A stretch of 64,000 bases of DNA from Microthyrium microscopicum. Lineage: Eukaryota. The stretch lies in NCBI GenBank assembly GCA_010405405.1, contig MU004230.1:3769119-3833118 (forward strand). The letters run 5' to 3'. The position numbers and the translations under genes were made by a program. This document shows, one piece after another, positions 1 through 13,137 of this stretch. Below the pieces are notes generated by a model. That model made no database searches, had not been told where the DNA came from, and saw only the letters and a list, made by a program, of their open reading frames with translations. How positions within the stretch are numbered: position 1 is the first letter of the stretch; every line of letters starts with the position of its first letter.

Positions 1-339
1 GGGCTGTTGGTTGGCGGAGATGGATGTTGGGATCCCGGTGGGGAGGGGCGGGTCGTCTGGTATGTGGATGACATCTTGAGTGTCGGCGATGGTGGAGAGG
101 GAGATGTATTCAGCGGGCGCAGCGGAGGCGAGCGATGTTATCGAGGTGCGTGAGGCTGGATTGCTGTGGATTTGTGGTTTGGGTTGCGGAGATTGGTCGA
201 TGAGGTTCTTGGTCTGATTTTCTTGGTCGGGAGTGGGCTCTTGCTTGGTGATGGCGGTGGTGTTGATGCGTTTTGGAGGAGGTGGAGGAGAGCTTGTGAG
301 GTCGATGACTTCGATGTCATCTCTGGCGCGTTTCGACAT
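1..339 (-). CDS. 5' part of a gene running off the window edge; low-complexity Pro/Ser/Thr-rich N-terminus with SIM-like VIDLT motif
   Basis: Reverse strand from ATG at 339 reads open to position 1: MSKRARDDIEVIDLTSSPPPPPKRINTTAITKQEPTP... It is missing from the ORF track because no stop falls inside the window. Confidence 0.65.
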   Translation of the reverse strand, partial: MSKRARDDIEVIDLTSSPPPPPKRINTTAITKQEPTPDQENQTKNLIDQSPQPKPQIHSNPASRTSITSLASAAPAEYISLSTIADTQDVIHIPDDPPLPTGIPTSISANQQP

Positions 340-1229
340 ATTTTCTGTGCTCTTTGCGAGTAGAGATCGAGTCTTTTATTGTCCTGTGGAAGGGACGTGT
401 GGGTGCTATTTTTGGAGTTGATAAAGCTATGTGTGGTGGTGACAATTCTCCGAGTAAAGGAGAACGCGTCGTTAAGACGCGTAGCGCCACCAAACGTTGT
501 GGGGTAAGAATTTCAGCCTTATAGCAACGCCATTCATACATTATTTTCCGCACCTCATCCAAGACGTGAATATTACATGAAATAGAGCGAAAATAGATCA
601 ATTCGTTGCAGAGTTCAAGCTAAAAGACATCATCATCAACAAGCGTACAGTAACGGGCAATTTTCACATCACTAAACTCATAGACGATAACTTTGTCAGA
701 CTTGATGAATTGATTCAAACTACACGTACAAGAACAAGTCTATAACGACCTGTTTCTGCCCATCCAGCGCCAACCCACTGTATACGTAAGACACGAGCTG
801 CACCAGCAAGAAAATCATGTCCGACATGCACATGAAAAGCAATAGTAGCAAAATACACATTTCCCAATACGCGCTTCATCCCCGCCATACCCCGAGCTAA
901 GCAGTAGTGCCTAGCGATAGTCGTCTAGGATGAAACGCAGGTATCCGAACAAATGAAAAGAAGACAACAGGCAAGTATAAACAGCCCCCAAGGCGTAGAG
1001 CGCCTCAAAGTTTTCGTCACCGTGCTGAAGCCAATGGGATGTTTCGCAATGACAGAAAGGATGAGAAAATATTTGTGCTGTTTTCGGAAGGTTTTGCGCA
1101 AGACATCCAAAGCTATCGTTGCAAGTCATGGGTCTCATGAGTCAAATCAAAAGGGTAGAAAAGAGTGGTCAGCAGTCAGGGGGGCTTGCTGCAGCACTCT
1201 GTTGGTACAATTGAATCGCAGGCGTTGCT

Positions 1230-2899
1230 CTAGAACTCCCAGAAGCGGCCACCCTGATCAGTCTCTTTTGGCTTTTCCACTCGTCGCGGTGCTGGAGGCT
1301 CAGCAGGCTTGACATCGTCAAATTCCCAGATTGGCTGTGCGCCTTTGCGGCCGCCCATGCCGTCTCCGCCCGTCTTGATGCGGTACTGGTTCTCTTTTCG
1401 TGAGTCAGAGTTTGGGCTCTGGTCGTACATGTTCCAGTTGGGACCCATGCCTTTGACTACACGGGCGCGGTTAGGCTCGACGGGAGCGGTGGTGCGTGCT
1501 GGTAGTGGGGAGTTGTCGGCCATCTCAAAGTGGTGGCCAAAGTCCTTGTTGCGATGATCGAGATCGACATTGGTCACAGTGCGTAGAGGCTGCTTCTTGG
1601 TAGCAGTTGTTGGATCTTCCTCCTCTGTAACTGAGTTGCCCTGGGACACAGTGAGAGCGTCGTTGTGCTTGGATGATGGACGTTTTGGCTCTGGGGTGGC
1701 TTCGTCGGTGATGGAGAAATGGGCATGAGAATCTGGGCGTTCATGATGGACAACTGGACGTTGAACAGGTGACACATCAGCGCCCTCATCATCGCTCCAT
1801 GTCATGGTGCGTTGAGCATGAGGTTGGATCTTGGATGGGGCTTTGGCAGGAGTAGTAAAGTCTTCGAACCCCCATTGTGATGCGTGCTTTGGACGTGGCT
1901 GAACCTTGACCTCTGCAGCAGCCTCGCCGTCACCGAATTCAAAGTGATTATACTTTCTCGGGTTCGCGTTGGTCTTCACAGGAGATTTGGCAGCTTCTTC
2001 ATTCTCATCAAAGAGGCGCATGGGACGATAATTCTTGCCAGCTCCGCTCTTGGCTCCATTACTATTCTTGCGTGGCGACACTGGGCGATCTGATGGAGAT
2101 CCTGGGACAAAGTCCTCATTTTGACCAGCCAAGATGTCGGCCAAGTCGCGCGAAGCGGGTTTGGCGGACATGCGGGGAGCGACACCAGGGCCGAACTTGC
2201 GAGGTGTGGTTTGTTCATTGCTGTCGTCGCGTTGGTTAAGGATATCGTGTAGGTTCCGACGCTCGCTGTTCGCAGAGGTGCTAACGCTACTGGCATGCGA
2301 GCGGCCTTCGTTGGAAGCCTTTGATGCTGTGGAACGGCGGGAGTGGGAGGGAGCCGAGTTCTGAGAGTAATTGGCAACACCACCTGCAACTAAGCGCAAC
2401 TGATCCTTTCCGTCGCGAATTGGCCAATTCTTGCCTCGAGAGCCGATGACTTCGATATTTTTGAGCAGGGAAGCTTGGTCCCAATAAAGACGAATTTGAG
2501 TAATCTTTCCACTAAAGTCAAATTGGACAATGTGAATCTGCGCGACAAACGTTAGAGATGCACTTTGTTGGATCAAATACAGGCACTTACCATTGGGAAA
2601 ACCACCGTCTTGTCGGCCAGAAAGTTGTCATCGAGACCTGGCAACAATGCGCCTCCACCGGTCACAAATTCAATGTGGGTTTCGACTTCAGCGCATAGGT
2701 TGCAATCGGATTCAAAAGCATGAATAACCTTTTCCGTCTTCTTAGTCAGAACCTTGGCTTGAGCGGCCAAATGCTTGATGATGGCAGCAGGCTCGGATAT
2801 GGTAGTAAGAGTGGGAATGTAGTTAATGGTCGCGGCGTCAGCAAGGACATCGGGAGTGGGGGAACCCAGAAACTGGGTATAAGACTGCAGTAGAGTCAT
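1230..2899 (-). CDS. Conserved fungal protein, N-terminal NTF2-like fold plus disordered tail (~538 aa, 2 exons)
   Basis: ATG 2899 (MTLLQSYTQFL). GT-AG intron 2538-2590 with CTAAC branch joins VVFPM|IHIVQFDFSGKITQIRLYWDQASLL, which resembles an NTF2/SnoaL-type motif. Exon lengths 309+1308 are in frame. Confidence 0.8.
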
Positions 2900-3656
2900 T
2901 TTGCGATAAGTAGGCAGTATTAAACTACAGCAGGGTATGGATGGAGTGTTGAAAGTGTGTTGAGGGTGTAGAAAAGAGTGGTGAGTGTAATGTGAGTGTA
3001 ATGTTGTGTTGTTGTTTTTGGATGGTTGCAATTGTTTTGGTAGGACAGCAGGTGCTGCAGCTAGGCGAGAGCTCACCAAGCTGGGATGGAGAGGGAAGGT
3101 GCGACCTGCAGGGGGCCTAGGGAAGACGCGAGACGCGTGCTTGCCTTGCTCGGTTGAGATTCGAGGTGGCTCTTGCCTCTTTTCGAGTGTAAACTCGCAC
3201 AGTGTTGAGACGGAAATGTACGAAGTCGATGGTCGACTCAGAGTGCGATGGGACTTGGAAGATGAGCTTTGAAAGACGTGCTCAGACAATCCAAGGACAA
3301 AAAAGCGAGACGCGCTTGTTATATTTGGTCCATTAAACCAGACCAGCGCTTTGAGCTCCATCCCATCATCCTGTACGTGTAATCAGTGTTGGCACTCAAG
3401 TTAGTACTAAAACTAGTCTAGTATAGTATACTAGTACTCGAGTACTAGTAGTCTAGTATTTTAAATAATCTAACTAGTCTAGTACTAGTACTAGTATTAG
3501 AATTTCGTAGGACTAGTCTAGTCGAGTTAGTACCTAGTATTTCTAAACTAGTACTAGTATTGCCAAGCTTTGTCTTTTTACTAACAAAATACTAGAGTAT
3601 TAGTACTAGACTAGCCTAAAACTAGTACTCAAGTACTAGTAGAGTAAGTATTATCT

Positions 3657-4365
3657 ATTGAGAAGTTTCTACATCCCCCCGTTTTGAGTCCCCCCGTGGC
3701 CTGCGTCCCCCTAAGCTACTCTAGGACCCCAAAATGGTCCGTTTCACCCTTGTACGGCGTTTCCTTAGTAGCATGAAATCAAACCTTTTTAGGAATAGCT
3801 TCCTTTGGGCCGTCATTGGGCGTCTAAGGGTGTTTTTAAAATATCTTTTTAATCTCTTGCTTGACGATAAGTAATTCTTGAAACGAACTAATTATGAGCT
3901 ATAAAGATAAGATAAGATTGTTAAGCCTTAGTAATGTCTTCTTCTTAATCTCGCGATGCTTTACTTTTGCTTCCTCTCTTTATAATATCCTGATCTACTT
4001 TTAACTTAATCTACTTTTAACTTAATCTACTTTTAACTTAATTTACTTATATGCGCGTCTTAATGACGTCATCAAAAACTTGCTTTATTCTTAATCTACT
4101 ACCTCTTCTTTTTGTTATCAAAGGTACGTTCGTTCATAATAGTTAACCCTCAAAAACTAATTTTAAGATAAGCTAAACGCGTTTAAAAAACGCGTCCTCT
4201 TAGGTTAGTCTTTTCTAATTTTACCTAACAACAACGGATTTCAAGTCATTAGTTTTGGTACAGCTACTACTAAGGATTTAACTTTAGCGTCGGTTAAGGC
4301 GGATGGCTTAGGGGGTCGTAGACCACGGGGGGACTCAAAACGGGGGGATATGGAAACTTCACCTC
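3657..4365. mobile_element. Nested Mutator-like (MULE) non-autonomous element
   Basis: 55-bp inverted repeats at 3662-3716 and 4306-4360 (5 mismatches). 9-bp direct repeat GTATTATCT at 3648-3656 and 4366-4374, symmetric about the TIRs. AT-rich interior. Confidence 0.85.
3993..4048. repeat. Tandem repeat, 16-bp unit ATCTACTTTTAACTTA x3.5
   Basis: Three exact copies starting at 3993, 4009 and 4025, plus a partial fourth, inside the nested element. Confidence 0.9.
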
Positions 4366-6000
4366 GTATTATCTAACTCTAGACTAGTATAGTACTAGTA
4401 CTAGTCCTGGATCTTAATTGGACTAGTCTAGTCGAGTAAGTATTAAAATAATCCTATACTAGCCGTACTAGTACTAGTACTCGACTAGACTAACTCGAGT
4501 TCCAACACTGCGTGTAATTGCAGCCAACGCCTTTTCTCCCCCATGTTCCAGATGTTCTACCGCGAAGAACACTGGCTTTATCCATGTCTAATCCCATAAA
4601 AGGGTCTATACCTGACCAAAAAGGTGTGGCTACAAGGCAATAAACCCAATCTAATTTCTCGACTCAATGCAACCTTCATCTTATTGCCTAATTCAATATC
4701 CCATCTGTCGTGTTCCAGTACTATTTCCTTGATGCCAGTAAGCTCTAGAGACCTACAAAGTGGCCATCCAATGGGTATGTGACGACACGAAAGACCGTTG
4801 CAGAATTGCTTTTCCTGTCAAAATGCTAAAACTGGCTCGGCTCGGCAAGAAGCACGAGCCCAGTCTTCTCGTTTCACGTTGCGGCAAGCATGCGTTATGC
4901 AGGGATATGAACAAACCAGGGGTAAAGTCCATTATTTCTGATCTTTCATTGGCTATCATCTCTTCACACTTTTGGAGGCTTTTCGTCTTTCAATTGAATT
5001 GACTCTTGAAAATCAACAGTTAATATCTGTAATATGTATTGACAGCAATCGAATATACCCATCATCGCGAGCAAAAGAGGTTTGCACAGAACGTATTTAT
5101 AAATAGTACAATGTCTTGCATTCGTGAATATAAATCACAATTCTCATCTCTCGCTACCGTCAACTTGTACTCTAAGCAAGAACCAGCGTTACACCATAAC
5201 CACAATCACACTGGCTCCAAATTCATCACATCCCTCATATTTAACGTGGTGGCTCTGCTCAGAGGGTTCCATCCCTTTATAAATATCACCGAGAGTCCCC
5301 GTCCGCCGCCATCAATGCTTCAAATGCCGCCGACATCACACGCCAACTGCACGCTCGTGCCTTTCCAGGCCAGCCCATATTTCCAATGATCAGAAGCATT
5401 CCCATCGCGTTCTGCACTGACACGCATATGGATTATGGACAGCCAGGACAGGGCACACGACTGCAGCAGCTTTGTTGGCCAAAAGACATTGACCGTTGCG
5501 CTGGTCCAAAAAAGTCACCCTTGAAGATGCATCAACCATGCACACCACCAAATCAATCCATCGAACGAGCAAGCAAAAACCACCAATCAACCACCTCACC
5601 ATCGAAAAAAGAAGATCCGCTGAAATAAGTAAAATATGGTATTATGCACGCCAAATATAAAGTAAAAGCTAACCATGACATGCACCAAAGCGTAGTAATC
5701 AGCAAGCTGAGAAAGAAAGAAAAGAGACCGTCCAGTTCATATCAGAGCCTTTAGCAGCATCAAGTTCGTTCCCAAAGGTAAATGGGGTAAATTACATATG
5801 TTTGTGTTTGAGTTTCCGCATACCATTCCAACTCCAAACGTCCGTTTTTCCCAGCATCGCCGGCGGGAAATGTAGAGGGGGTATACATCTTCAAAAGGAA
5901 AATAGAAAAATACGCGCTTGAATGATCTACTGCGCTTTGTCTTGGTGGGTGGGTGGGGGTGTGGAGTTCGTGTTGTGGTGATGGTGACGGTGGTTGTTGT

Positions 6001-8580
6001 TCACTTCTTCCGTAGTTTGCGAAACAGGCCGGAGAAACCCATCTTCGACGCGCTTACGGTGAGTTTTGAGTCGCGGCGCTTGATCTTCTCGGGTACGGCG
6101 AAGGCTCCTTGTGCGCCAGATGTGTCGTAGACGGGTGATGGGAGGTCTTCGAGTGCTAGTGGATCGTAGGGCATGCTTTGCCGCCAGCCGAAGAGTTCGT
6201 CTTCGTTGGCGCGGAGATCTGGGCGCGTGAGGGTCATGCGTAGTGTCATTTCGCGATTTAGCAGCGGGTCGATATATTGTGGACCAGTGCCTATTTGCGG
6301 TGCAAGTAATTCAGGCTGGAACTTGAGATCTAGAGATGGCACGCTTTCGGTGTTGAGCGAGCCGAAAATGGAGACGCGGTTGTATTTGGAGGCTCGCCAT
6401 GAGAAGCTGGTATCGGCGGGCGTGGCGGGAGATTCGGTGCCGTTGTCTGATGTGTCGTAGGCTTCTTCTAGGTCTGGGTCGACGATTTCGGTGGTGTTGT
6501 CGATAAAGGAGATCATGTCGTGGTTTAAAAATGCTTTGGCGTCGTTATGGCCAGTCGAATATGGAAGTTTGGGTGTTTGTGGGATGCTTTTGTCTGGTTG
6601 GGGATTGGAGGGGAAGCCATATGTCAGTGCTTCGTCAAACTTCTGAGGTGATGCAAGATATTGCCGTAATTTATGTCTTGCTTCCGGATTGCGATAGTAA
6701 ACGGCTTCTGGATCTATGCCGGGGCCCATAGTATCGCTGCTTTGCCTCATACCAACACTCATCATCGTGGCATGGGAGACATTTCGACGATGCGATGGGA
6801 ACATGGGTGATCTGGGAACTGGCGAAGGTGTTGTGGATGTCCATTGTTGACTATGATTTAGACCACCTTGTTGTGACTCGGGCCTCTTGACGGTTGTTCT
6901 TCTTCGGACCGTGCCTCGTTCCTGAGGACGGCCTCTACTCGAATTGTCCATGCTATTTTCACCGGGTTTTTTCTTGTGTTTTTGTTTCGTGGGCTTGTCC
7001 TCGACGTGATGTTGGGTCGGTGAAGCCTTGTATGGCGAGGAAGTCTTGCGATGGGAGGGAGAAGATCGAGACTTGCTTTTCTCGGTTGACTCCGAATGTC
7101 GATTGTAATATGGTTCCAAAGCGACGAACAATCGTTCTTGTTCTTCTCTAGAAAAAAGTTGAGAACGAAGTTTTTCAGGCAAGGTCATGAACCATTGGGC
7201 CTTGGCCTGAGTTGCGAGAACGTCGCCAAAAGAAGCCTGAGAGGAGTTCACCCGCGCGTAATCAGGCCGTTGTTCGAGAGCATAAGGAGAAGGTGAGTGC
7301 CGGGATGGTGATAGATTGATATTGGGTCTAGGCGATCTTGATTTATGAGAGGGCCTGCGTGCATTGACGGAATCATTGGCACTGGGAGCGCGGGGGGAGG
7401 GGGATTGATGAAGTGAAGAAGAGTAGGCAATATGCAAACGCTCCAGGGAGGAGAAGTATTTTCTTCTGAAACAGCAAGTCAGCGGCAGTACTAAATCGAA
7501 CGGCTTGGGCGTCAGAAGAGTGATCTGTAGAGCTAGTGATTGTGCACGGTCAAGATCAATGGCACCTGGATGGATTCCGCATGTGGCTCTGTGAACTAAC
7601 GGGTCGTGAGGCCAGTAGCGGGAGCTTGTTCTGTACTGTACTTTTGCGCCGCAGCCTCAAGACTGCAATATTGCATTTGTGCTATTTGCTTTCGAACCGA
7701 AATACCAAGTATTGCTTCGCTGCATAAACCACAGCAGGAAGAAACAATTTGGTGTGTGGACCGCTGGGCCGGAAGTTCAACACATCGTCGTATCGGTACT
7801 GTCAAAGCAGGTACCGAATACAAACGCGCATCATCAAAAGGATCCTGGAGCAATGCCAATGGCGTCGAGGAATGCTGGACGAGGTGTGGCACACTCGCTT
7901 CCTTCGACCTTGGGATCACGCATTCAAGCAGCTTGTGCAGGGCGGAATGGAGCCAGTAACTCCTGTTCCTAGAGCATCTGGTCACTTGGTGTCGACAATA
8001 CCTAGACTTCTGGAGAGGTGTTATCGGTCCAAATTACGATTGTCGCCGACATTTTGGTCCGGCAAGGTCATACTCTAGTCCTGCATGCCTCTTATTCGTG
8101 TCCTACATTGTTGGTGTGGTCCACCGATACAATGGATAAATAGAGCCAGATTAACTTTTGAAGGCGCGGGATGGTGCAATGCTAGCTTCCCGAATAGGTA
8201 CCGCTATACAGCAATAAAATCCTTTTGATCCGCGTTTTCGCAATAAAAGGCCTAGTATTTGACAGGTCCGGTCGCCTCTTTTTTTAGGCTCTGGGGCACT
8301 ATTGCAGGGCTCGCTTGGGCCCTTGCAACAATAACGACATGTATTATCAACATTAAAGAAAAGCGCCGACTTACTGGATACATATTGGAAGATTCAAATA
8401 TTCTTCTTCGCTGACTGTCGGAGGATCGTTTCCCGGAAGAGTTGCCTTCTTGGATTTTGATTTGTGGTGTGTCCTTGATTTGGCTTCAGGTGGACTGGGC
8501 GATGTCGACTTGGATGATTTTGTTCGGCTTGTCGCAGTCTTTGGCCGAGACTTTCTCTCGCGATTCTTGGTCGATTCCAT
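6001..8580 (-). CDS. Conserved fungal Ser/Pro-rich protein (family often labelled 'mucin-like'), ~556 aa, 2 exons with a 909-nt intron
   Basis: Exon 1 8580-8375 ends YLNLPICI-CA|GTAAGT. An acceptor GCTGAC...TTTCAG at 7466 restores the frame and gives IQRKYFSSLERL. Later motifs LRQYLASPQKFDEA and NREMTLRMTLTRPDLR are typical of this family. Confidence 0.8.
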
Positions 8581-9879
8581 TTTTCTAGTCGAGGCAGCTC
8601 CTCCTCGTACCTGACGTAGCCAGACGTCAAGGCTATCAGATGTTCTTCAGGGGCCTTGAAGGGGTCAATCTCAGAGCGACTGTGCCATGTGCCCACGGGA
8701 TGAGATAGAGAAGTTGAAGATCAGGATGGGGACCAGGAGGCTTCTATAAAGGGAGATCAAAGCAATACAAATTAATTGCAGTTCATGTAAAGACACTACG
8801 CAAATAGAGCAGCAGAGGGCACCGATGGGTTTTTGGACTTGCCCTGTGGCCGCTCGTGATGGGTCAGAACAAATGGCGGTGTTAGGAAAGGAGCAGCATC
8901 AAGACTATATTTGAACCTCACTATCGCGTCTAGAGCAATGGCAAATGAGCCCAGCAAAGATCTACCCTGTCAATACAAATTCAAAACTCTGTGACGACCA
9001 TTGCTAGCGAAGCCGTGCTGTGCCGACATGGCTACGCGTTGGAAACAAAAACGGACACAGAACAACAATCTCGCACCTCGACAGGCGGCTCGCTCGCCTC
9101 CAGTGGGCTTCTGCAGCCGGAAAATAAGAGGCATGGTTTGGGCTGACAGAGCCAGAAACATGTTGACAGCACTGACGATGGCCACAGAAGCAAAGAGAAC
9201 AGGGCCAAGGGTGCGAGATTGGTGGCATGCTCAAAGTACCATCCGAAAGGGATGCAGGGATAGAGATGTCCAATGGAACTCGAAGCGTCAGACCGCTGGC
9301 AAGAGATACTTGGGAGAACGTACCGCGAAGTACCTCCTGAAAGGCTGAAGCACAGAGGGTACTGAGGTACTGTTACTCAATCGAGACAGATATACCGTGG
9401 CAGTTGACTTGCAGTCCCCTATTACCAAAACAGACATATATCCAGGGTTCCAAATCCCGACAAACTGGGAGCTATTTCAGCATGCATGGATTCTACAGAA
9501 GCTGTAGTAAAATAGCTGAGATGTTTGAATTGCTGCCCTTTTAGAAGTACTCGAACACTTTAAGGACACGAATCGGACAAATGAAACATGTACATGAAGC
9601 ATCAAAGAGTATCATACCGGTAGTGTTATTATAACCAATCTGTATTAACTCTATAATATTGATTCTATATGTGTATCGAGTAAAAATAACTTTAAGACTC
9701 TATGGCAACTGGTGAGGTGAAGTTGTACCGTATACAATATGCAAAAGTCCTCTTTGGGGTCGACGACTTTGGTGATATCTTGATCTTGCATCTCGTTTGG
9801 CTTCATTGCTCATCTTGTAAACTTGCACTTGCGCATCAATCAACATCAGGACTACAGAGGCGAATCTTTAGGCGTTTTT

Positions 9880-10785
9880 TCAAAAAAATAATGTTGAAAC
9901 CCTGCTGGTGCTCGCAAACAAACCGTTTTGACGATCGTCAAGTCGCACAGTTCTTCCAAGCCCTTCGCCAGCTTCTTCCCTGAACCTCATCTCTCTAGAA
10001 GTATTTCGTTTGATAATGTCTCTCCAATCTCCATGCAAAGCTAAGTATGTTTCTTTTCCCACGCCAAGCTCCTTTCAACCCCATGTAATAATGACCCCGG
10101 TCTAGTTCAATGCTCTCACTGCCTCCATGGAAGAAGTTGAGTGGGAAAGAACAAGGTCTTAGATCTTCATGCAGAACAACCCTGGCTTAGACACAAACGC
10201 CACAAAAGTCTCTACTTTGGGCTCACAGGCCTTTTCCCCACTGAAGACGCAACCTCTGCCAACAAAATTCTCCGATCAAGCAAGTCAGGATAGACAACTT
10301 CATGTGCAGTCTATTCATACATGCATTCAGTAGAGCCAAACGACCGCATCAAGGGCTGCCCGGAATCGCCTTGCTGCAATACACCCTGGCCAGTATCCCA
10401 CGCTCCAGACCAGACAATTGGCTGTGAGGGCATCAAATCCTCAATTGTTTCTCTCTGGGCTTGGAAACGCGATTTCACACCTCCGACTCTGCCGTGTCCC
10501 AGCCGCATCACACCAGAGAAGGTGCTCAATCTTGCACTCACTCTGGGGTAAATTCTGTGCAACAGAACCACCTGCGAATAGCGCCAGCCCGCAATGTGAT
10601 TGTGACACCAACTGTGACAATATCGAGAATTTGATTATCACTGGCCCGTAGCGTTCGGGCATTTCGATCCAGCGAACACGCAATGGCTCTTCTCTAACCA
10701 GTTTGGGCCATGCGGATTCGTAAATAGGCGGCGTCGCGGCGAGACCACGGCAGACAAGGAATTTCCCTAGATCCTGCATCTCCAT
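9880..10785 (-). pseudogene. Possible decayed gene of unknown family
   Basis: Consecutive protein-like minus-strand fragments (TPPIYESAWPKLVRE; ETIEDLMPSQPIVWSGAWDTG; YE*TAHEVVYPDLLDRRILL; YLALHGDWRDII) separated by stops and frameshifts. Family not recognised. Confidence 0.3.
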
Positions 10786-11634
10786 GCAGCATTAGAGTCG
10801 CACAGATTACCTGCTCTTCAATCGTCCGAGTACGGCAAATCGAACAGGCGTGCGGAAATAATCGCACCTCAACTGCGCAACAGACAAGAAGGGCCGTGAT
10901 TCTTGGAATCTGCGCTTGCTGGTTAGTGCCCAGATTGTCGGGCCTATTCTGCATGAATCTAAGATTTCTAGGTATTACAGTTAACTGGTAAGAAGTAGAA
11001 GCAGATCTGATGATTGTCTCTGAAACCTTGGGCTCGTTCTTCGATCGTAGCCAGGATGTCGACCATGAACTATGATTGCCCGCCAGCATCATTTTCAATC
11101 TATCTTTGTCAAAACACATTTTCACGCTCCGGCTCAACACAACTTCAATCCTAATAGCGGGGATTACACAATTCGACTCCAAATATGGATCGGATTGATA
11201 TCTCAGCTGCGTTCTAGGTTCTGCAACTATTAGTCTATTTTGCTATAGGAATATTAACCTTGGCCAGTGCGACCGGCTTCATAACAAGCTGGCATCTTGC
11301 TTGTCCAGATTAGCTCTGGTATCATGTAGTTTTATGTCTCTATCCTTGTGATTGCAGCTCAGCAAACTCTTTCTAAATCAGATACCTGCTAGTCTACAAG
11401 CTCGCCTTCAACATTGCCACCACCAGAGTAGTCAGGCTGCTGAGCGTTATCGCTGATGGTGACGTTTCCAATTGCAAGGAAGTATGGTTCATTTTTTATC
11501 ATAAATTCAAAGTCGAATCCATAGGTTTCTGGAAGAATCCACGATCTTTTATGCGTACTATGTCCAGTTCCTCCATGGCAGAACCCTATGAAGGGAGCTT
11601 TCTATATATCATTACAGTGTTTGACCAAACCATG

Positions 11635-13137
11635 TCACCATCGGCTAGCTAGCGCTGGCATAACTCTTGCAAGACCCGGATTCTTCTCAAGTAATAGTTC
11701 CATCAACCACCTCCCAGTAGCAGACTCGGATCCACGAAGTTTTGACCAGACGGTCGCCAGAGCCCAGTGCGGTAACGGCGAGGTTTCATATCCTGTCAGA
11801 GAAATCTGATCCAAGTAGTAAGGGATGGTCCGGGAAATGTTCAGAACTGCCTGCATTTGGGCTGAGAATTCCTGCTGAGCATTGCCATCACTTATGCCTT
11901 CGAAACGAACGCTATCCTGTGAGAAATGTTGCAAGTTGACATTATGATGAGGTTGAATACTTAGGTTTTCAAACTCGACAGACTGAAGGATTTGAAGAAC
12001 GTAGATAAGTGTCGTGTTGTAGAACATGAACATCCTCGCGGCATATTCGTCATGAAAGATGGATATAGTACGGAATGGTAGAGCATCAGTTTTGCTGGAT
12101 GTTGGCAAAGTTGTCTCGAAATACGAATTTCTTTCATCGCAATCCCATCGCTCTCTCCAGAGACGGATATGTGCCAACAGGTCAAGTGCTTCTTGCCGTA
12201 TTAGTCTGCGCTGATATGAATGCGTCCCCGTATGTAGTTGGCCATGCGTTAGTAACTTTTCTCCGTTGGCAATCAAGACTGAGCAGTCTGCCAAGATCTC
12301 GAACACATCATGCTGATGCAGCTGATGTTTTGGACAAATTGATCTGAATAGTCTCTTCCAATACGGCTTGGCTAGAATTGATGGTTCTCTTGTGTGGAGC
12401 GCAGAGAAAATCACCATATGTTGAGCAGCCAAATACAGCTGCGATAAGCTGGCTGATATTTGGATATCATTCTCATAAGGCCAGAATAGCGCTTCCACTG
12501 CCCTCATGTGTTTGATGTTGTTTCCAGGTCCAGTAGAAACCAGAGTTTCTGAAACAGCAAGCGTAAGCACAGAAAGAAGAAGCTCTTCGTGAGTGCAATA
12601 TGTCCTGTCAGATATTGCCTGATTGATTTTGCTCAAAGCTACGCCGTGAATGGCATATCCACGTTTGGTAATAGAAGCTTGTTTATGACGAGTACCGAAG
12701 AAGATTGTAGCAAAGCTCATGACCACTTGGTGAGAAAGTCGTCCAGATAATACAGTCATGTCAGTTCCAGAAACACCAACAGAGCTTATGCCCCGGAAAG
12801 ATACTTCGAGCAGCCCACCGCGAGTCAGATATTGCAGAGAATAACAGACATATGTCTCGAACTCATTGCCTTTAAGAAAGACAGGAGGAAGTGTTTTGGG
12901 GAGGGTTCGCCTGGACTTTACAATCGTGCTTTTGATGAAAGTTCTGTCTTTCGGTCCATCGCAGACCAAGCCACAGTTTTGACAGCGTGTACAAATGGGA
13001 CGGCTTTCGTCTTATATGATGTTAGTTTGTTGCTGTACCTAGCACTGATTCTTCTTCGGTAGACGGAGCTTACCGCATTTAACTCTTCGTCTTCGACATG
13101 TCGAGCAGCCCTTTGATCTCCCGGCCACGTTCACCAT
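11635..13137 (-). CDS. Zn(II)2Cys6 fungal transcription factor (~479 aa, 2 exons)
   Basis: ATG 13137: MVNVAGRSKGCSTCRRRRVKC|DESRPICTRCQNCGLVCDG, a complete six-Cys cluster split by GT-AG intron 13011-13073, followed by a helical fungal TF C-terminal region. Confidence 0.93.

Larger units (their letters stand above)
3384..4510. mobile_element. Non-autonomous hAT-type DNA transposon (MITE) with RIP-like mutation, carrying a nested element
   Basis: TIRs CAGTGTTGGCACTCAAGTTAGT (3384) and the reverse complement of the right end CAGTGTTGGAACTCGAGTTAGT match 20/22. Perfect 8-bp TSD CGTGTAAT at 3376-3383 and 4511-4518. Dense subterminal CTAGTA/TACTAG arrays. Confidence 0.92.

Noticed and set aside
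3400..3650. CTAGTA-rich arrays as CRISPR-like or satellite repeats
   Set aside because: No fixed repeat-spacer period; they lie inside hAT TIRs and fit subterminal repeats.
5737..6000. 87-codon open frame after the mucin-like gene stop
   Set aside because: No readthrough context (TGA ACA) and UTR-like composition. It also shows such extensions arise by chance, which lowers the weight of the ELMO case.
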